64,000 bases of DNA from Azolla caroliniana. Taxonomy: Eukaryota; Plantae; Polypodiophyta. The stretch lies in the NCBI GenBank assembly GCA_043228905.1, contig JBHGNT010000010.1:10912001-10976000 (forward strand). The letters run 5' to 3'. Positions within the stretch are counted from its first letter, which is position 1, and the number at the start of each line of letters is the position of its first letter. Below the pieces are notes generated by a model. It was not told where the DNA came from and did not search any database. It was given only the letters and a program-made list of their open reading frames with translations. This document shows positions 38,298 to 51,944 of the stretch, one piece after another. Position numbers and translations under genes: made by a program.

Positions 38298-41200
38298 TCA
38301 TCGGCAATCAGCACCAATTGCATCTCGAATAGATTTGAAGCCATCCCTTTGAAGACACGCTGCCAATTCTTCCTGTAACGATTGAAGGTGACTCTATTGC
38401 ATTAGATTGAACATGATAAGTATAATTTTTTGATGCTTAGTGTGTCTGCTTTGTACATATAGTGAAACAAATTAACCTTTACAAGAGGGATGCAAGAATC
38501 AAATGAAAGCCAAACTACTTTAGCAGAAGAAAAGTTAGAAAAAATTCCACTTACATTTACATATTCTGCCTTGACAATAGACAGTGTTCTAACAAACAAA
38601 GCAGAAAATACCTTTATCCGAGGAATTACTGAGGGGCCTTCATAAACCAAGGCAGTGTAAAGCTGTACAAGTGTCGCCCCAGATCTTATCTTTCGATATG
38701 CATCTTCGCCACTAAAAGAACAAACATGTCACATGATCTCAGCCACCCTAACACATCGAGTTAATACATTTTTTGCATATAATACTATTTAGTTATTTTC
38801 GTTATATAAATTTGTTAGTATGAATTATATGCATGAAATAGATTCATCCCCTATAAATGTGATACCTGCTAACACCTCCACATCCAATAAGAGGAATTTT
38901 GCCCTAAAATTGAACAGTACAGTTAGCAGAGCAGAATTCTATGCCATGCCGGAAAGCAAGTTATTGGGATGATGAGATGTATTAAAACCTTCGTCAATTG
39001 GTACATGTGCCGTAAAACCTCTGTGGAAAGCTGAAATAGTGGTTTCCCACTTAGTCCACCGATTTCATCTGCATGGGGAAGACCCACAACCGAATCTGGC
39101 CGGGATATTGTGGTATTAGAGATTATCTGCAAAACTAGTTCAAATTCCTAATTAGGTGGGTAAATGTTGGCAGTAGACATCAATCAAGGATGGATAAAAA
39201 CAAGTAAGAAAATGTCATTGCAAACAGTATACTGTTACCATCAAAAATATCGAGAATGTAAAATTCACAGAGGCAAACATGGTCATTGACGTCAAAGGCA
39301 CTGAAAAATGGGTAGGTTTTTCAATTAACAATGCCATGAAGGTATTTAAACCAAAGAGGCATTCAGCAACATCATCAATTTAGTATAACATCTGCTAAAA
39401 GACAGGGAAACAAATCTGAGATTATGCCTGTGCATCAAACTCCCAGTAATCCATAAATTCCGAGATTCTCATTGAACATGTTTGTCATCAACATCCAAGG
39501 TACACGAAAATGGGCATGTTTTCAATTAACAATGCGAAGAAGGTAAATAACCAAATAGCTATTCAGCAACATCATCAATTTAGTACAGCATCTGCTATAG
39601 ACACTGAAACAAATCTAAGATTCCGGCTGTGCATCAAACTCACTGTAATCCCCAGATTCTGACAGAGAGAGAGAAGCAGAACAAATTTACTCACCAAGGA
39701 AAGAGAAAAAGAAGTAGTGGGCCTGATATATACAATGTCAATAAATTCCCACATTTCTTTCAGGTACAGACTTTACACTCCATGGTGCCTTCGAGAAGAA
39801 AATGGCAAGACAGACATTCACAAGCCATGCTTTTGTGCTTTGCATCGAAGAAGTAGTGGGCCTGATATACAATGTCAATAAATTCCCAGTATTTCTTTCA
39901 GGTACACAGTTTACACTCCATAGTACCTTAGGGAAAAAAATGCCAAGGTGGACATTCACAAGCCATGCTTTTCAGCTATGCATCGAAGAAGTAGTGGGCC
40001 TGATATACAATGTCAATAAATTCCCACATTTCTTTCAGGCACAGAAGTTTACGCTCCATAGTGCCTTAGAGAAAAAATGGCAAGGTGGATACTCACAAGC
40101 CATATATGCATGTCCATATAAGGTGACCTGATGATGAATGCATCCGCCGATGTGTGTAAGAAGTGTGTCTTATAGTGGGCCATCTTCGTACCAAGTGATA
40201 TTTTGGGGTTGATCCATGCTATCTTGTTTTCCAAGTTAATAATATCAGTTTGGATCACTCTATTCTTTTCCACTTTGGTCATATTTAGATGGGGACAGTC
40301 CAAGCTATATTGGAACGGGGGTAGTGCATCGATACTCATGCCATGTGACTTGAACCATTGCTGCATTTCAGCATACCAACATTGAATGTCTCCATTTTTA
40401 GCCAGTTGTCTTGACGACATAAGTGCCAACCTTGGGTAACTTTGTTTAGGGAGCTCCCAAAGACGTTGGATAAATGTCACTAATCAGAACAATGCCTCGG
40501 TGATTATAGGTGCTGCTCCCATCTCTGCCCGGATTATATTGTGGTGCACCGATGTTTTGCTCCTTATCATGCAGGCAATCATTGACACTAAAGGTCTCTC
40601 TAAGTCTTTCCAATGATTTTCCTTGTTAAGATTCGGTCCCCATGTTTCTACTCCATAGAGAAGAGTTGGCGTGATAAGTGTATCAAATAACCATAGCTTA
40701 GTGCGTGGTTCTTGGAACTGCAAATGTGCACATTGTCTCTAGAGAGCACCAAGGGCTGCATATCCACAAGAAAATCAGGCACAAGCAGCGCCCCATAAGG
40801 AGAACCTAGGCCCTATAAATGTTACTCCTAGGTATGTGTAGGGGCGTGTGTATTCCACCTTTTCCTCTCCCAAGAAGAATTCCAGTTCTGATCTTGTTAG
40901 CCATGCTTGAGTGGTGTTAAACACCATCACTTTAGTTTTATCCATGTTGATTGACAAACCTTAAATCCGTACAAAATAGTCTTAAATCATTTAGATTTCT
41001 TTGTAGTCCCTCCGGAGAGTAGAAAATCATCACAATATCAACAGCATATAATAATATTTGTATAGTTATACCTGCTAGGCATGCTCCCGAACCCCCGAAT
41101 CTCTCTATGTAATGTGATACCTCTGTTAGGGTAAAGGCCCTAAATGACCCCCTTATAGTGTGTACATGTGTATAGGCCTATTTATAAAGGCCGAAAGTCA

Positions 41201-44200
41201 CTCATCACTTTTTTGTTACTTTTTAGCCAACCCTAAATGGGTCTTATAAAACATAAGTTAAAAACTTTTGGATCTCACTTCAAAAGGTGAGCTCCTCCAA
41301 CTACTGCTCTCTCTCTATCTTTTCCACCATAGCTCCACTGTTGCATCTAAAGAGACTGTACTAGGGTGAATCCTGAGTATTCCTCCGGCCCGGCCTATTG
41401 ACATCATTCCTAACCTTTACAACTGGTACCACAGCAATTTAGGGTTTTTGAACTTCTGCGCAGGTGCTGTACAACAAAGAACATGATTGTGAGCTATGGT
41501 GTCATCCTCCTCAGAAGTGAAGAATCTTTTTGAGATTCGATGATTTGAGGCAACAGGTTTCAACTTGTGGAAGGAAAGAATGCAAGGAATTCTTTTTTTG
41601 AAGGATTGTCACATGGCGTTGGAGGCAAAAAAACTAGAGAACATGTCAGAAGATGCATAGCAGATTTTAAACAAAAAGGCTGTCATATATATTAAGATGG
41701 CTGTTTCTGATGAGATTTTGGTAGATCTCAAAGGGTTGGTATCTGCTTCTAAAATATGGGCAAAGCTGAAGGCTACATATGAAAACAGTACGCCTGTTAA
41801 TCAAGTACACCTAATGTGAAAGCTTGTTGGCATGCAACTCAATGAGTTCAAGAGTGCAGCTGAACACTTGTCCTTGTTTACAGGTACCTTATCACAGCTG
41901 CAAGACTCAAGAATGGCTCCTTTTGATGATAAGCTCAAAGCCATTTTCCTACTAATAACATTACCTAACTCATGGGAGACATTGGTAGTCTCATTGTCTA
42001 ATAGCCCCAACTTGACCTTTGATGGTGTTAGGGGCTCTATACTCAATGAAGAGATCAAGAGAAAAGCAAGTGGAGAAGGTGGCAGCTCAGCCAACATGGT
42101 TAGAGGTAGGTCAGATAAGAGAAGTAACTATGCACACAGGAGCAAAAGTAAAAGCTAGGAAAGGGGAAATAGCAAAGTTAAAAGCAATGATGTAACATGC
42201 TATTAGTGTGGCAGGAAAGGCCACAACAAACCTGATTGCTGCTATTACAAAGCAAAACTTGAAAGAAAAAAGAATTCTGGAGATAAGAAAAAGGACATGA
42301 ATAATGCACATGACAGCCAAAAGGACGAAGAGAAGGTCAATTTGGCCTCTAATGTAATCATAGAGGAGCTGTCAGATGTCGAGGACATTTTATGTGCTAC
42401 TTTTTCAGCTGATGATACTTATGCATATGATGCCTCTCTAAATATTCATTCACAAGGCATGTGCATCACTAAGAATGATCTTATTGATGCTTTGTTGACT
42501 GTCAATGATGCATTGGCCCAAACATGGATAGTTGACTCTGGTGCTTCATTTCATGTGACTCCTATCAAGGAGTGTTTTTCTACTTTTACTGCAGGCAGCC
42601 ATGGCCATGTATACCTTGGAAACAATCATGCATCTTCTATTAAGTGTATTGGCATTGTGCATTTTTCTACAAATGGCACTAATGAGCTGGTTTTGCATAA
42701 TGTGCGTTATGTACCAAGGATCAAGAAGATCTTGCTTTCTGTGGGGCAAATGGATATGCATGGTTATAGCATTCTCTTTGAGAGAGGATCGTGGAAAACG
42801 ACAAAAGGTTCAAGGCTGATTGTGAAAGGCACAAAGAAGGGAACTCTTTATTGCTTACATGGAAATGCTATATCGGGCAAATTTATTGCTTTGGCTGAAG
42901 TTCACTCCCATATGGAGTTGTGGCATAAGAGACTTGGCCATATGAGCCGAAAGGGTCTCACTAGGCTTTGTAATCTAAAGAAGCTTGATGGTGAAGGCAC
43001 GAAGCTTGATTTTTGTAATGAATGCCAATATGGAAAGCAAGTGAAGCGTTCCTTTTTCTCTAGTGTGTCTCGTAAGTCTTGTGTACTTGATCTTGTTCAT
43101 TCTGATGTGTGTAGGATGCCCACCAAATCTATGGGGGGTGCAATGTATTTTATCTCATTTGTCGATGATTTCTCTAGAAAAATTTGGGTTCAATTGCTTT
43201 AATCTTAAGGATGAATCCTTAGCTACATTTAAGCGTTTTCATGCATTTGTAACCACCCAAACCGGCAGAAAACTGAAATGTTTGCGTACAAACAATGGTG
43301 GTGAGTATACAAGTGCTGAATTCAAGAAATTTTGTAAAATTTTGGGTATTCAGAGGCAGCTTACCGTTCCATACACCCCACCCCCTCTTCTAATGGTGTG
43401 GCTGAACAATATAACAGGACATTTTGTGAGAGAGTGAGATGCATGTTGTCCACCGCTAACCTCCCTCATGGATTTTGGGGAGAGGCATTCAAAACTGCAG
43501 TACATGTATGCAATAGATCCCCTCACACGTCTTTAAAAGGCGACATCCCTAAAGAGGTTTGGTCTGGCAAACCTGCTTCATATGATCACTTACGTGTCTG
43601 TGGCTGCGAGGCTTTTGTACATATAAGGCCTGAGCTGAGAAACAAACTTGATGCCAAGTCCATTACGGGCCTCTTCATGGGATATGGTGAAGAAGGCAAA
43701 ATGGGTTACAGGATTTGGATACCCCAGCTCAAGAAGGTTATACGCAGCCGAGATGTTGTTTTCAATGAGGCAAGGCTGCTTCAAAACAATTGTGCCTCAA
43801 AAGATGACCATAAAAGGGTTAGAACCTCTTACATATAAAGAGGCAAAAGCATGTGAGCACAGCAATAAGTGGGAGCTTGCTATACAAGAAGCGATTAAGG
43901 CTTTGCATTCAAATAATACTGCTGAATTGCCCAAAGGAAAACTATTCCTAACAAATGGGTATATAAAATCAAGACCGTTGATGACAAAACCAAGTATAAA
44001 GCAAGGCTGGTGGCAAAAGGATATGCTCAAACTAAGGGCATAGATTTTCAGGAAGCGTTTTCTCCTGTGGTAAAAATGACCACTTTGCGAGTGCTTTTTG
44101 TATAGTGGCTGCACTTGATTTGGAATTAGACCAAATGGATGTACATACAGCTTTTTTGCATGGTGACATTGACAAAGAGCTTTACATGAAACAGCCTGAG

Positions 44201-47200
44201 GGCTTTGTTATTCGTGGAAAGGAACATTTGGTATGTAAGCTCAATAGAAGCTTGAATGGGCAAACATGCTTCTAGACAATGGTACAAAAAGTTTGACGCT
44301 TTATGCTCAAACATGGGTACAAAAGAAGCCATGCTGATCACTGTTTGTATACTAAAAGAGATGAAAGTGGCAGCCCAATCATTCTTGTACTATATGTAGA
44401 TGATATGCTCATTGCTGCCAAGAAAAGGAGCACTGTTGATGTCCTTAAAAAGCAGCTGAAATCTGCATTTTCAATGAAAGACCTTGGGGGAGCAGAACAT
44501 GTACTTGGAGTAAGAATTAGGAGACAAAGGGAGCAGCACACATTGTATTTATCTCAAGGAAAATACATTGACAAGGTGCTGGACAGATTTTGTATGGCTG
44601 AAAAGCCTCTTGGAGTGACATTACAGCCATATGATAAAGTCTCTACAAAAGATTGTCCTAAGACACAAGAAGCAATCAATGACATGCAAAGAGTACCTTA
44701 TGTTTCAGCTTGTGGTTCACTTATGTATGATATGGTTGCTACTAGACCTGATATTGCCTATGCAGCGGGAGTTGTAAGCCGATTCATGGCTAATCCAAGC
44801 AAGGCACATTGGAATGCAGTAAAGTCTATTATGAGGTACTTAAATGGAACTAAAAATAAATGCCTCTGTTATGGAAAAGACCCATTAGAGCTGAAGGGTT
44901 TCTGTGACTCTGACATGGCAAGTGATGTGGATACAGGGAAATCCACAAGTGGCTATGTATTCACACTTGCAAGTGGTGCTGTATCATGGTGCAGTAGGCT
45001 GCAAAAGGTTGTTGCTTTGTCCACTACCGAGGCAGAATATATCTCAGCCACCGAGGCTTCCAAGGAAGCAATATGGTTAGCACGTCTATGCAGTGAGTTT
45101 GGTTTGCTTGAAAAGGCGCCCGTTCTTGGTTGTGATAGCCAGAGTGCCATCTGTTTGGCAGAGAATGCTATGTTTCATGCACGCACAAAACATATTGATG
45201 TGCGATATCACTTCATTCGAGAAGTGCTTGAAGATGGCCTTATCACATTGATAAAGGTCCACACATCACAGAACCCTGCAAATGTACTGACCAAGTGCTT
45301 ACCCAAAGCACAACATCAGATATGTATACAAATGTTGGGAGTCACGTAGCTTAAAGGAGTCATTTATGCCTTTAAGTGGGAGGTTGTTGGGGTAAAGGCC
45401 CTAAATGACCCCCTTATAGTGTGTACATGTGTATAGGCCTATTTATAAAGGCCAAAATACACTCATCACCTTTTCATTATTTTTGGGCCAAGTTCAGTGT
45501 GAACTTGGACAACCCTAAATGGGTCTTATAAAACATAAGTTAAACACTTTTGGATCTCACTTCAAAAGGTGAGCTCCTCCAACTACTGCTCTCTCTCTAT
45601 CTTTTCCACCATAGCTCCACTGTTGCATCTAAAGATGCATGTACTAGGGTGAATCCTGAGTATTCCTCAGCCCTATTGACATCATTCCTAACCTTTACAA
45701 CCTCATTTATATAGAGACCGAAGAGAGTGGGTGATAGTGGGCATCTTTGCTTCACTCCGATTGTGCTAGCCACCGCCCCTGACAACCCCTTGGAAGACCA
45801 CACTTTTCCTGACATGGATCCATAGAGTGCATAGCTTCCCCATTGCATATCTATAGGAACACCAAGGTCTTCTAGCCGCTACGTGGCACAGTGTCAAAGG
45901 CTTTTCGAAAATCCACAAAGCAGCAATAAATCCTCTTATTATAGGCTCTACCCTCCTCAATAAGGACCCGGCGGGTCAATATGTGATCCAAAGTTGTGAA
46001 CCCCTTCCGAAAGCCTGCCTGTCCAACCAAACGGCAGCCATTCAGCTCTACCCATATACTCAATTCTGATTCTAGAAACGAGCCATATAGTTTAGCCAAA
46101 TAATGACAAACATGATTGTCCTATAGTTGCTTGGCATCATGGGGCCTTCAAATCTTGAGGATTGGCACAATGGTATGCTAAGTCCATCTAGTAGAGAAAC
46201 CTTCACACATGGCTCTATTAAATATGTGTGCTAGCAATGGATAAAGTGCTCACCCACCAATCCATCATGATCCTGGGATTGGCACAATGGTATGCTGAGT
46301 CCATCTAGTAGAGAAACCTTCACACATGGCTCTATTAAATATGTGTGCTAGCAATGGATAAAGTGCTCACCCACCAATCCATCATGATCCTGGGCCTTCC
46401 CAAATTGTAGCCGATCAATGGCATTTCTTACATTTTGTGGAGTAAAAAAGGTTGATTCATGTGGGCGTGAGCCATGTGGGTGGGGAAGAGGAGGTTGCCC
46501 CGGGATACCATATAGGACCTTTGCATATTCATGCCACACCTGAGGTGAGGTCAGTTGTGTGGTAGGTTGCATCTCATTAAACATTTTCCATGCTCTTTTA
46601 CTTTCTTGTCCTAGAAACAAGCGATACAAATTATATTCAAATTTAGCCAAATACAATCACTTCTTCCTTACAAGGCGTTGGAAGGTTGTTCTTGCTTGTT
46701 TGTGTGTATAAATGCTTGCAAGCATCTCCTTGTATCACGACATTCCTCATCATACCAACTATTTTTGTATTACTATACCAAGTTTGGGGGGATTGGCCGT
46801 TGTGTGAGGAAAGGCATTTGTGGCTACTTTATGCAATGATTTTGACAATCCTTGGATAAGTTCATCGAGGGGTGCGAAAGGATCCAAATCTAGCATGCCA
46901 TTGTATACTCCACAACTATACACATCAATTGTCTCGCGAGTAAATAGATACTTAGCTAGCCCCCTCTCCTTAGCATATACATCCATTGTGCATCCATCCT
47001 TTACCTCGAAGCGCAGGTATGCATGATTTACTGCCAAGCCAATAGGTCTACCCGATATAGTGAACTCTTTTATTTCAAGTATAAGAGATGGGGATCCCAT
47101 TAGATAATCCACTATGCTTGCACCTCCTTTTGGGTGATAACATGGCCATTGTGACAATCCATTATATATCACAAATCCATGTGCACTTCGCAAGGCTAGA

Positions 47201-50200
47201 AAATGTTTTCCATATTCAGTTATCGCACTCATATCTTGAGCTTGTCTCTTTAGACCAACCTCTTCTGCCATAACTTCTCTATAAACAGCCGTGTTGGTGT
47301 CAAACATAGTTGTTTGTTCATCCTTGGTTCGTGCATTAAAATCTCCTAATAGTATTATGTCCCCCATAGTAGTAAATCTTATGATATCATCATATAATGG
47401 TAGATATGGTGATTCACCTAAAGGTGCAAACCTTGAATAGGTAGGTGGAAAGTAGCAAATTGCAATATATAGCTCCCTAAGATCCCTTCTTTTGATTCAT
47501 ATCCACATGTAGCGTGCATCGACATCCTTATGGACAACATGCACTCATGGAGCTCCTTTTTGTATAGCATAACCACTCTCGAAGCTCGAGTGCTTCCTGG
47601 TGTCCGAGGTTGGGGATGACAAATTGACTCCCATCTATATCCTTGTACCTCAAAGACTTTCCTAGCCATGCACTGGTGGGTCTCTGTATACAGAGCAATA
47701 TCTGTGTTTTCGAAGGTATCTTCAAAATATCCAACATCTGTCCGTAGAGAGACATTGCAATTCCATATATCGTCATGCGGTTCTCTTCTCTGTAATAATG
47801 ACCTTACCATCTCTATATACACCCATTTTCCTTCCTTTCTTGCATCAAGCACTCCTGGCATGTTTTCTTTGCAGTGTGCCACTTGGGTTGGAGTGAGATC
47901 GTCATCTAAGTATATTTTCTCACCCTTGAATGCCTTTCTTTTAGAGAGGAAAGCTTTTTTCTTGTCAATATCCATGAAACGGAAAATAAGGGCTTTAGCT
48001 CTAGACTCATCTCTTCCCACCCTCCATGCTGAAGCAAATGGAATCTCTGATGCTCCAATCTTTGTTCCGAGAATCTTGGCATCTTCTTGTGGGCTTCCTT
48101 TGTCGGCCCAACCAACCACTTGTACATGCAGCGCACGAGCTTTACTCTTGGCTTCTTCTTCTAATGTAGCATTCATGATTTCCATCCTATCCATTGATGT
48201 TCCATTTTGCTTTTTCACTACCTCTATCCAAGCAGCATTTGCTTTAACTTCTTTTTGGGTGTGCTCAGCGTGAGCTTTGGTATCTTTGGCCATGTCTGCC
48301 CATGTTTGCATTTCCTTAGTGACATTGGCTTTCATTGTAGAGATGCATTTTTCCATTGCTTCTTGTCCTTTTTCTAAATCCACTTTTATAGCTCCTAACT
48401 CAACCTTATTTGAAGATATTTCATCCTTAAAGTATTGTGTCATGTCATCCTTGAGCTCCCTAAACAAAGGTACCCAAGGTTGGCACGCACTTATGTCATC
48501 AAGACAATTGGCTGAAAATAGACACTCATTGTTGGTATGCTAAAATGCAGCAATGGTTCGAGTCACATAGCATGAGTATAAATGCACTACCCAACAAAAG
48601 TATAAATGCATGAGTATAAATGCACTACCCAGACCAAGACATAACAAAAGGTTTACAATTGATTGGGCAATAGCAATTTACAGTGCACGTAAGCCCCAGC
48701 CCCATGGACCACAACCTCAACACCCTTGTCATCGACAGATAAAAGCCATTAGCTCTTGCCATCGTAGATGCTTCAATCACTTCGGAGACATTTCCATTCT
48801 GGGTCGACCTATGCTAGAGATCTTTCGAAGACAAAAGCTACAATATATCTAACTTGAGAATCTCACATGTGCCAAAAACCAGATTCCCTCATTTCTTCTC
48901 ATCTTATTTACTGTGTAATATTTATTTTATTTTATTTTGATTTGTTCTCAAAGACAAGACAATGCTTAAAGATGTAATCTCTAGTTTGGTCTTATAGGCC
49001 ATTTTGGCCTCTTAAAAGACGTTAATATATCTTTCTTTCTTTCTTTCTTCTATCTCCTTTTTCATTTCTTCTTTTAGTGCTCTTTCTATATCCTCTCTTA
49101 TAAGATTGATCTCTTGCGCAATCAAATGGCGTAATAGATCATGTTTCCCATTTTCAACATCAAATGGAATGTCGAATGGGGCTTGTGTTCTAGGTGCCTT
49201 GTGCGCCCTTCTAATGCTATTCGGGGTGCTTCCTTTCCATCCTTTTCGTCTATGGTATCTTCTTGGGGTCTTCCATGGATCTAGGCCTTCTTCGTGCGTG
49301 TTAAGATCCATATTTTCATTTTCTATCCATTCAGACCCATGGTGTCTTAGGAAGCAGGTATAGGGTATGAAATGCAAAGGGCAAAGGGGACAATATAGAT
49401 TCCAGGAATTCCTGCTTGGCAGAAAACAGAGGATCTGACTTGGCAGAAAATGCAGAGGACAGACATTGCCATTGTTCAACGCAGTGGATCAGACATTGCA
49501 GAAAATGTAGACAGATATGGCCATTGTTCAACACAGAAGATCAGAGACAGACACAGAGAAGAGTAAAGCTTAAGCAGATCCTTAGTCGTGTTGAAACCTA
49601 ATGACAGCCTTACCTATTGTCATCATCACAATGTATCAACAATACCTACATATTTGGTTATAACTATATGAGAAATATATGCTAATAAAAAATAGCAAAA
49701 CATAGTTATATGGGCAATAAAAAACAGTATTAAATCCCAACCAATCCATTATCCAGCTCAACTAGAGCTGCATCAAAGTTTTTCTAGCAGCAATATGGTG
49801 AATTTATAGTCAAACTTCTCTGATGCACCTCAGAGTGACCTAAACAAACAACTTCATGTATGATGATAACGAGAATAATAGCACAAAGAAATTATTTGTT
49901 ACAGAGTGATTTCAACTCACCAGGCCATCCAACTGAAGAGTAAGTGCCACCTGAAACACCAAAAGGGCAGAGTTGAGGCAAGCATAAAAGAACTCCATGC
50001 AAAGGATTTGTTCTATAATGACTCAGCTTACCGCAGCAATATCAGCTAGATCTTGCCTTGATAAATCTGGAGCTATCTTAACAAGCAGTGGAGGAGGACC
50101 TTTTTCACCCCATTGCATTTCATCTCGAGCTTCTAGAACCTAGCCACGGTATTAGTGTTAGTTCGGGACACAAATTCTATCTGCACAATTAGATAAGGAA

Positions 50201-51869
50201 GTTCTATATGGCATATACCTTCTTGATCAAATTTTTAAGCTGCTTTCTCCCTTGCAGCTTCCTTAAACCAGGTGTGTTGGGTGAAGACACATTAATAACC
50301 TGTCATAGGAATGATTCGTTGCTTAGAAACAAACAAGATTCTCAAGATAAGCTCATCAGTGAGTGAGATAGACAAGGAAGCCTAAACAAAATATGTATAC
50401 CAGATAATCTGCATATGTAGATAACGTGTGTACACCCTTCACATAGTCTGAAGCTGCATCCTCTGTAGTTTTGTTCTTCCCAAGATTTACACCCAAGAGT
50501 CCATAGTTAGTTTTCGTTTGAGGTTTACCATGATCTCCTTGACCCCATGAGAATGGCGATGCTGAAACTGACTCCGCAAGCCTCTTCTTCCCATGTAACG
50601 CTCCTAGGTTCTTGGCCACATTCATTATTCCTTGGCTGTTGAATCCATATCTATTGATAATAGCTCTGGTAGATCGAAAAGACAAACATATTAGAAACAG
50701 TTCACAATGAATAAGTGCCCTCCTACTAGGTGTAACAACACCTTTGAGAATGTTCATTCAATGACTTCTGCATTGTAAATACTTCTAAACTGTAAGCTAA
50801 TATGTTGGGACTCTTTTTCAGTTTTTTCTAGCTGTAAAATATTCATTCTCATGAGCAATTTGTCCAATTTAATATTCCATGTAAAAAAGCAATGATGCTC
50901 CTGGGCAATAGCATTAGAATGCAAGCCCTTCAGCTAATATTGGATGTAGTGATGATGAACCTGCATCATTAATCCAGACTTAGGGAATATGTTATCATGT
51001 TACTAGAATATAAAGACATGAAAGCACACCCATAATATACGCTCATTGTTCATAACTGTGCATATGCAGTGCAACGAAAAACTATAACCAGAAGACATTT
51101 CCAAGAGGCAAATGCAAGAAAAATTTAAAGAACCAAAATTCATATACTACATAAAACCATGTATGGGTGACGCACAACCAATTAAAAAATAATTAGTCAA
51201 TTCTTAAAGCTTATGAACATCATCAGACAAAAGAACTCAGGAAAACATACATACATACATGCTTACCCTTGCTCCTGTAGCCTAAACACGCGTGGCTTTG
51301 GATTGCCTTCCTGTGGAAGAGGGGTGATAGATCCAACCTCTACAAACCCAAAACCCATACCAAGCAATCCTTCCATAGCTTCTGCATCCTTATCAAAACC
51401 AGCTGCCAGGCCAATCGGATTGGTGAATTCTCTCCCCCAAACCTCCACATGAAGGATAGTGGGATCTGGCCTATTCTCACGAGGTACAAAACCATGCCTC
51501 GCAGCAAATATCGCCACTTTATGTGCATCCTCAGGATCTAACAATCTAAATAGTGGATTCAAGTACTTTGAACCTTCGAAAGACCACGAACTGCCCATAC
51601 AAAGCATATGCCAGAACAATATAAATATCTCATGCATACATATGAAATTTACTGACAAAATAGAAATGACAAAATGCATTGAAACAAAGCACTCTGAGAT
51701 GCATACAAAATAAAATGTGATGAGGGTAATCAAATGGGTGAATCACAGTCAGTGGGTTTACCTGATCGTGGCCTCATCTAATGTGCCTACATAGGCTCCT
51801 GCCGCAATGATTGATCCAAGAAATGCTCCAGTTAGGGCTCGTCTCTGCCAAACACAAGATTGCAAATCT

Positions 51870-51944
<75 letters not shown>

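Larger units (their letters stand above)
40105..49400 (-). mobile_element. Degenerate RTEX/L2-like LINE (coiled-coil ORF1; APE-RT ORF2) with nested insertions, 3' end missing
   Basis: ORF1 coiled coil (49330-49040, 48455-47780, IYLDDDLT). APE: [15 protein letters not shown]: [61 protein letters not shown]. Internal 117-bp tandem duplication at 46159-46393. Confidence 0.85.
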
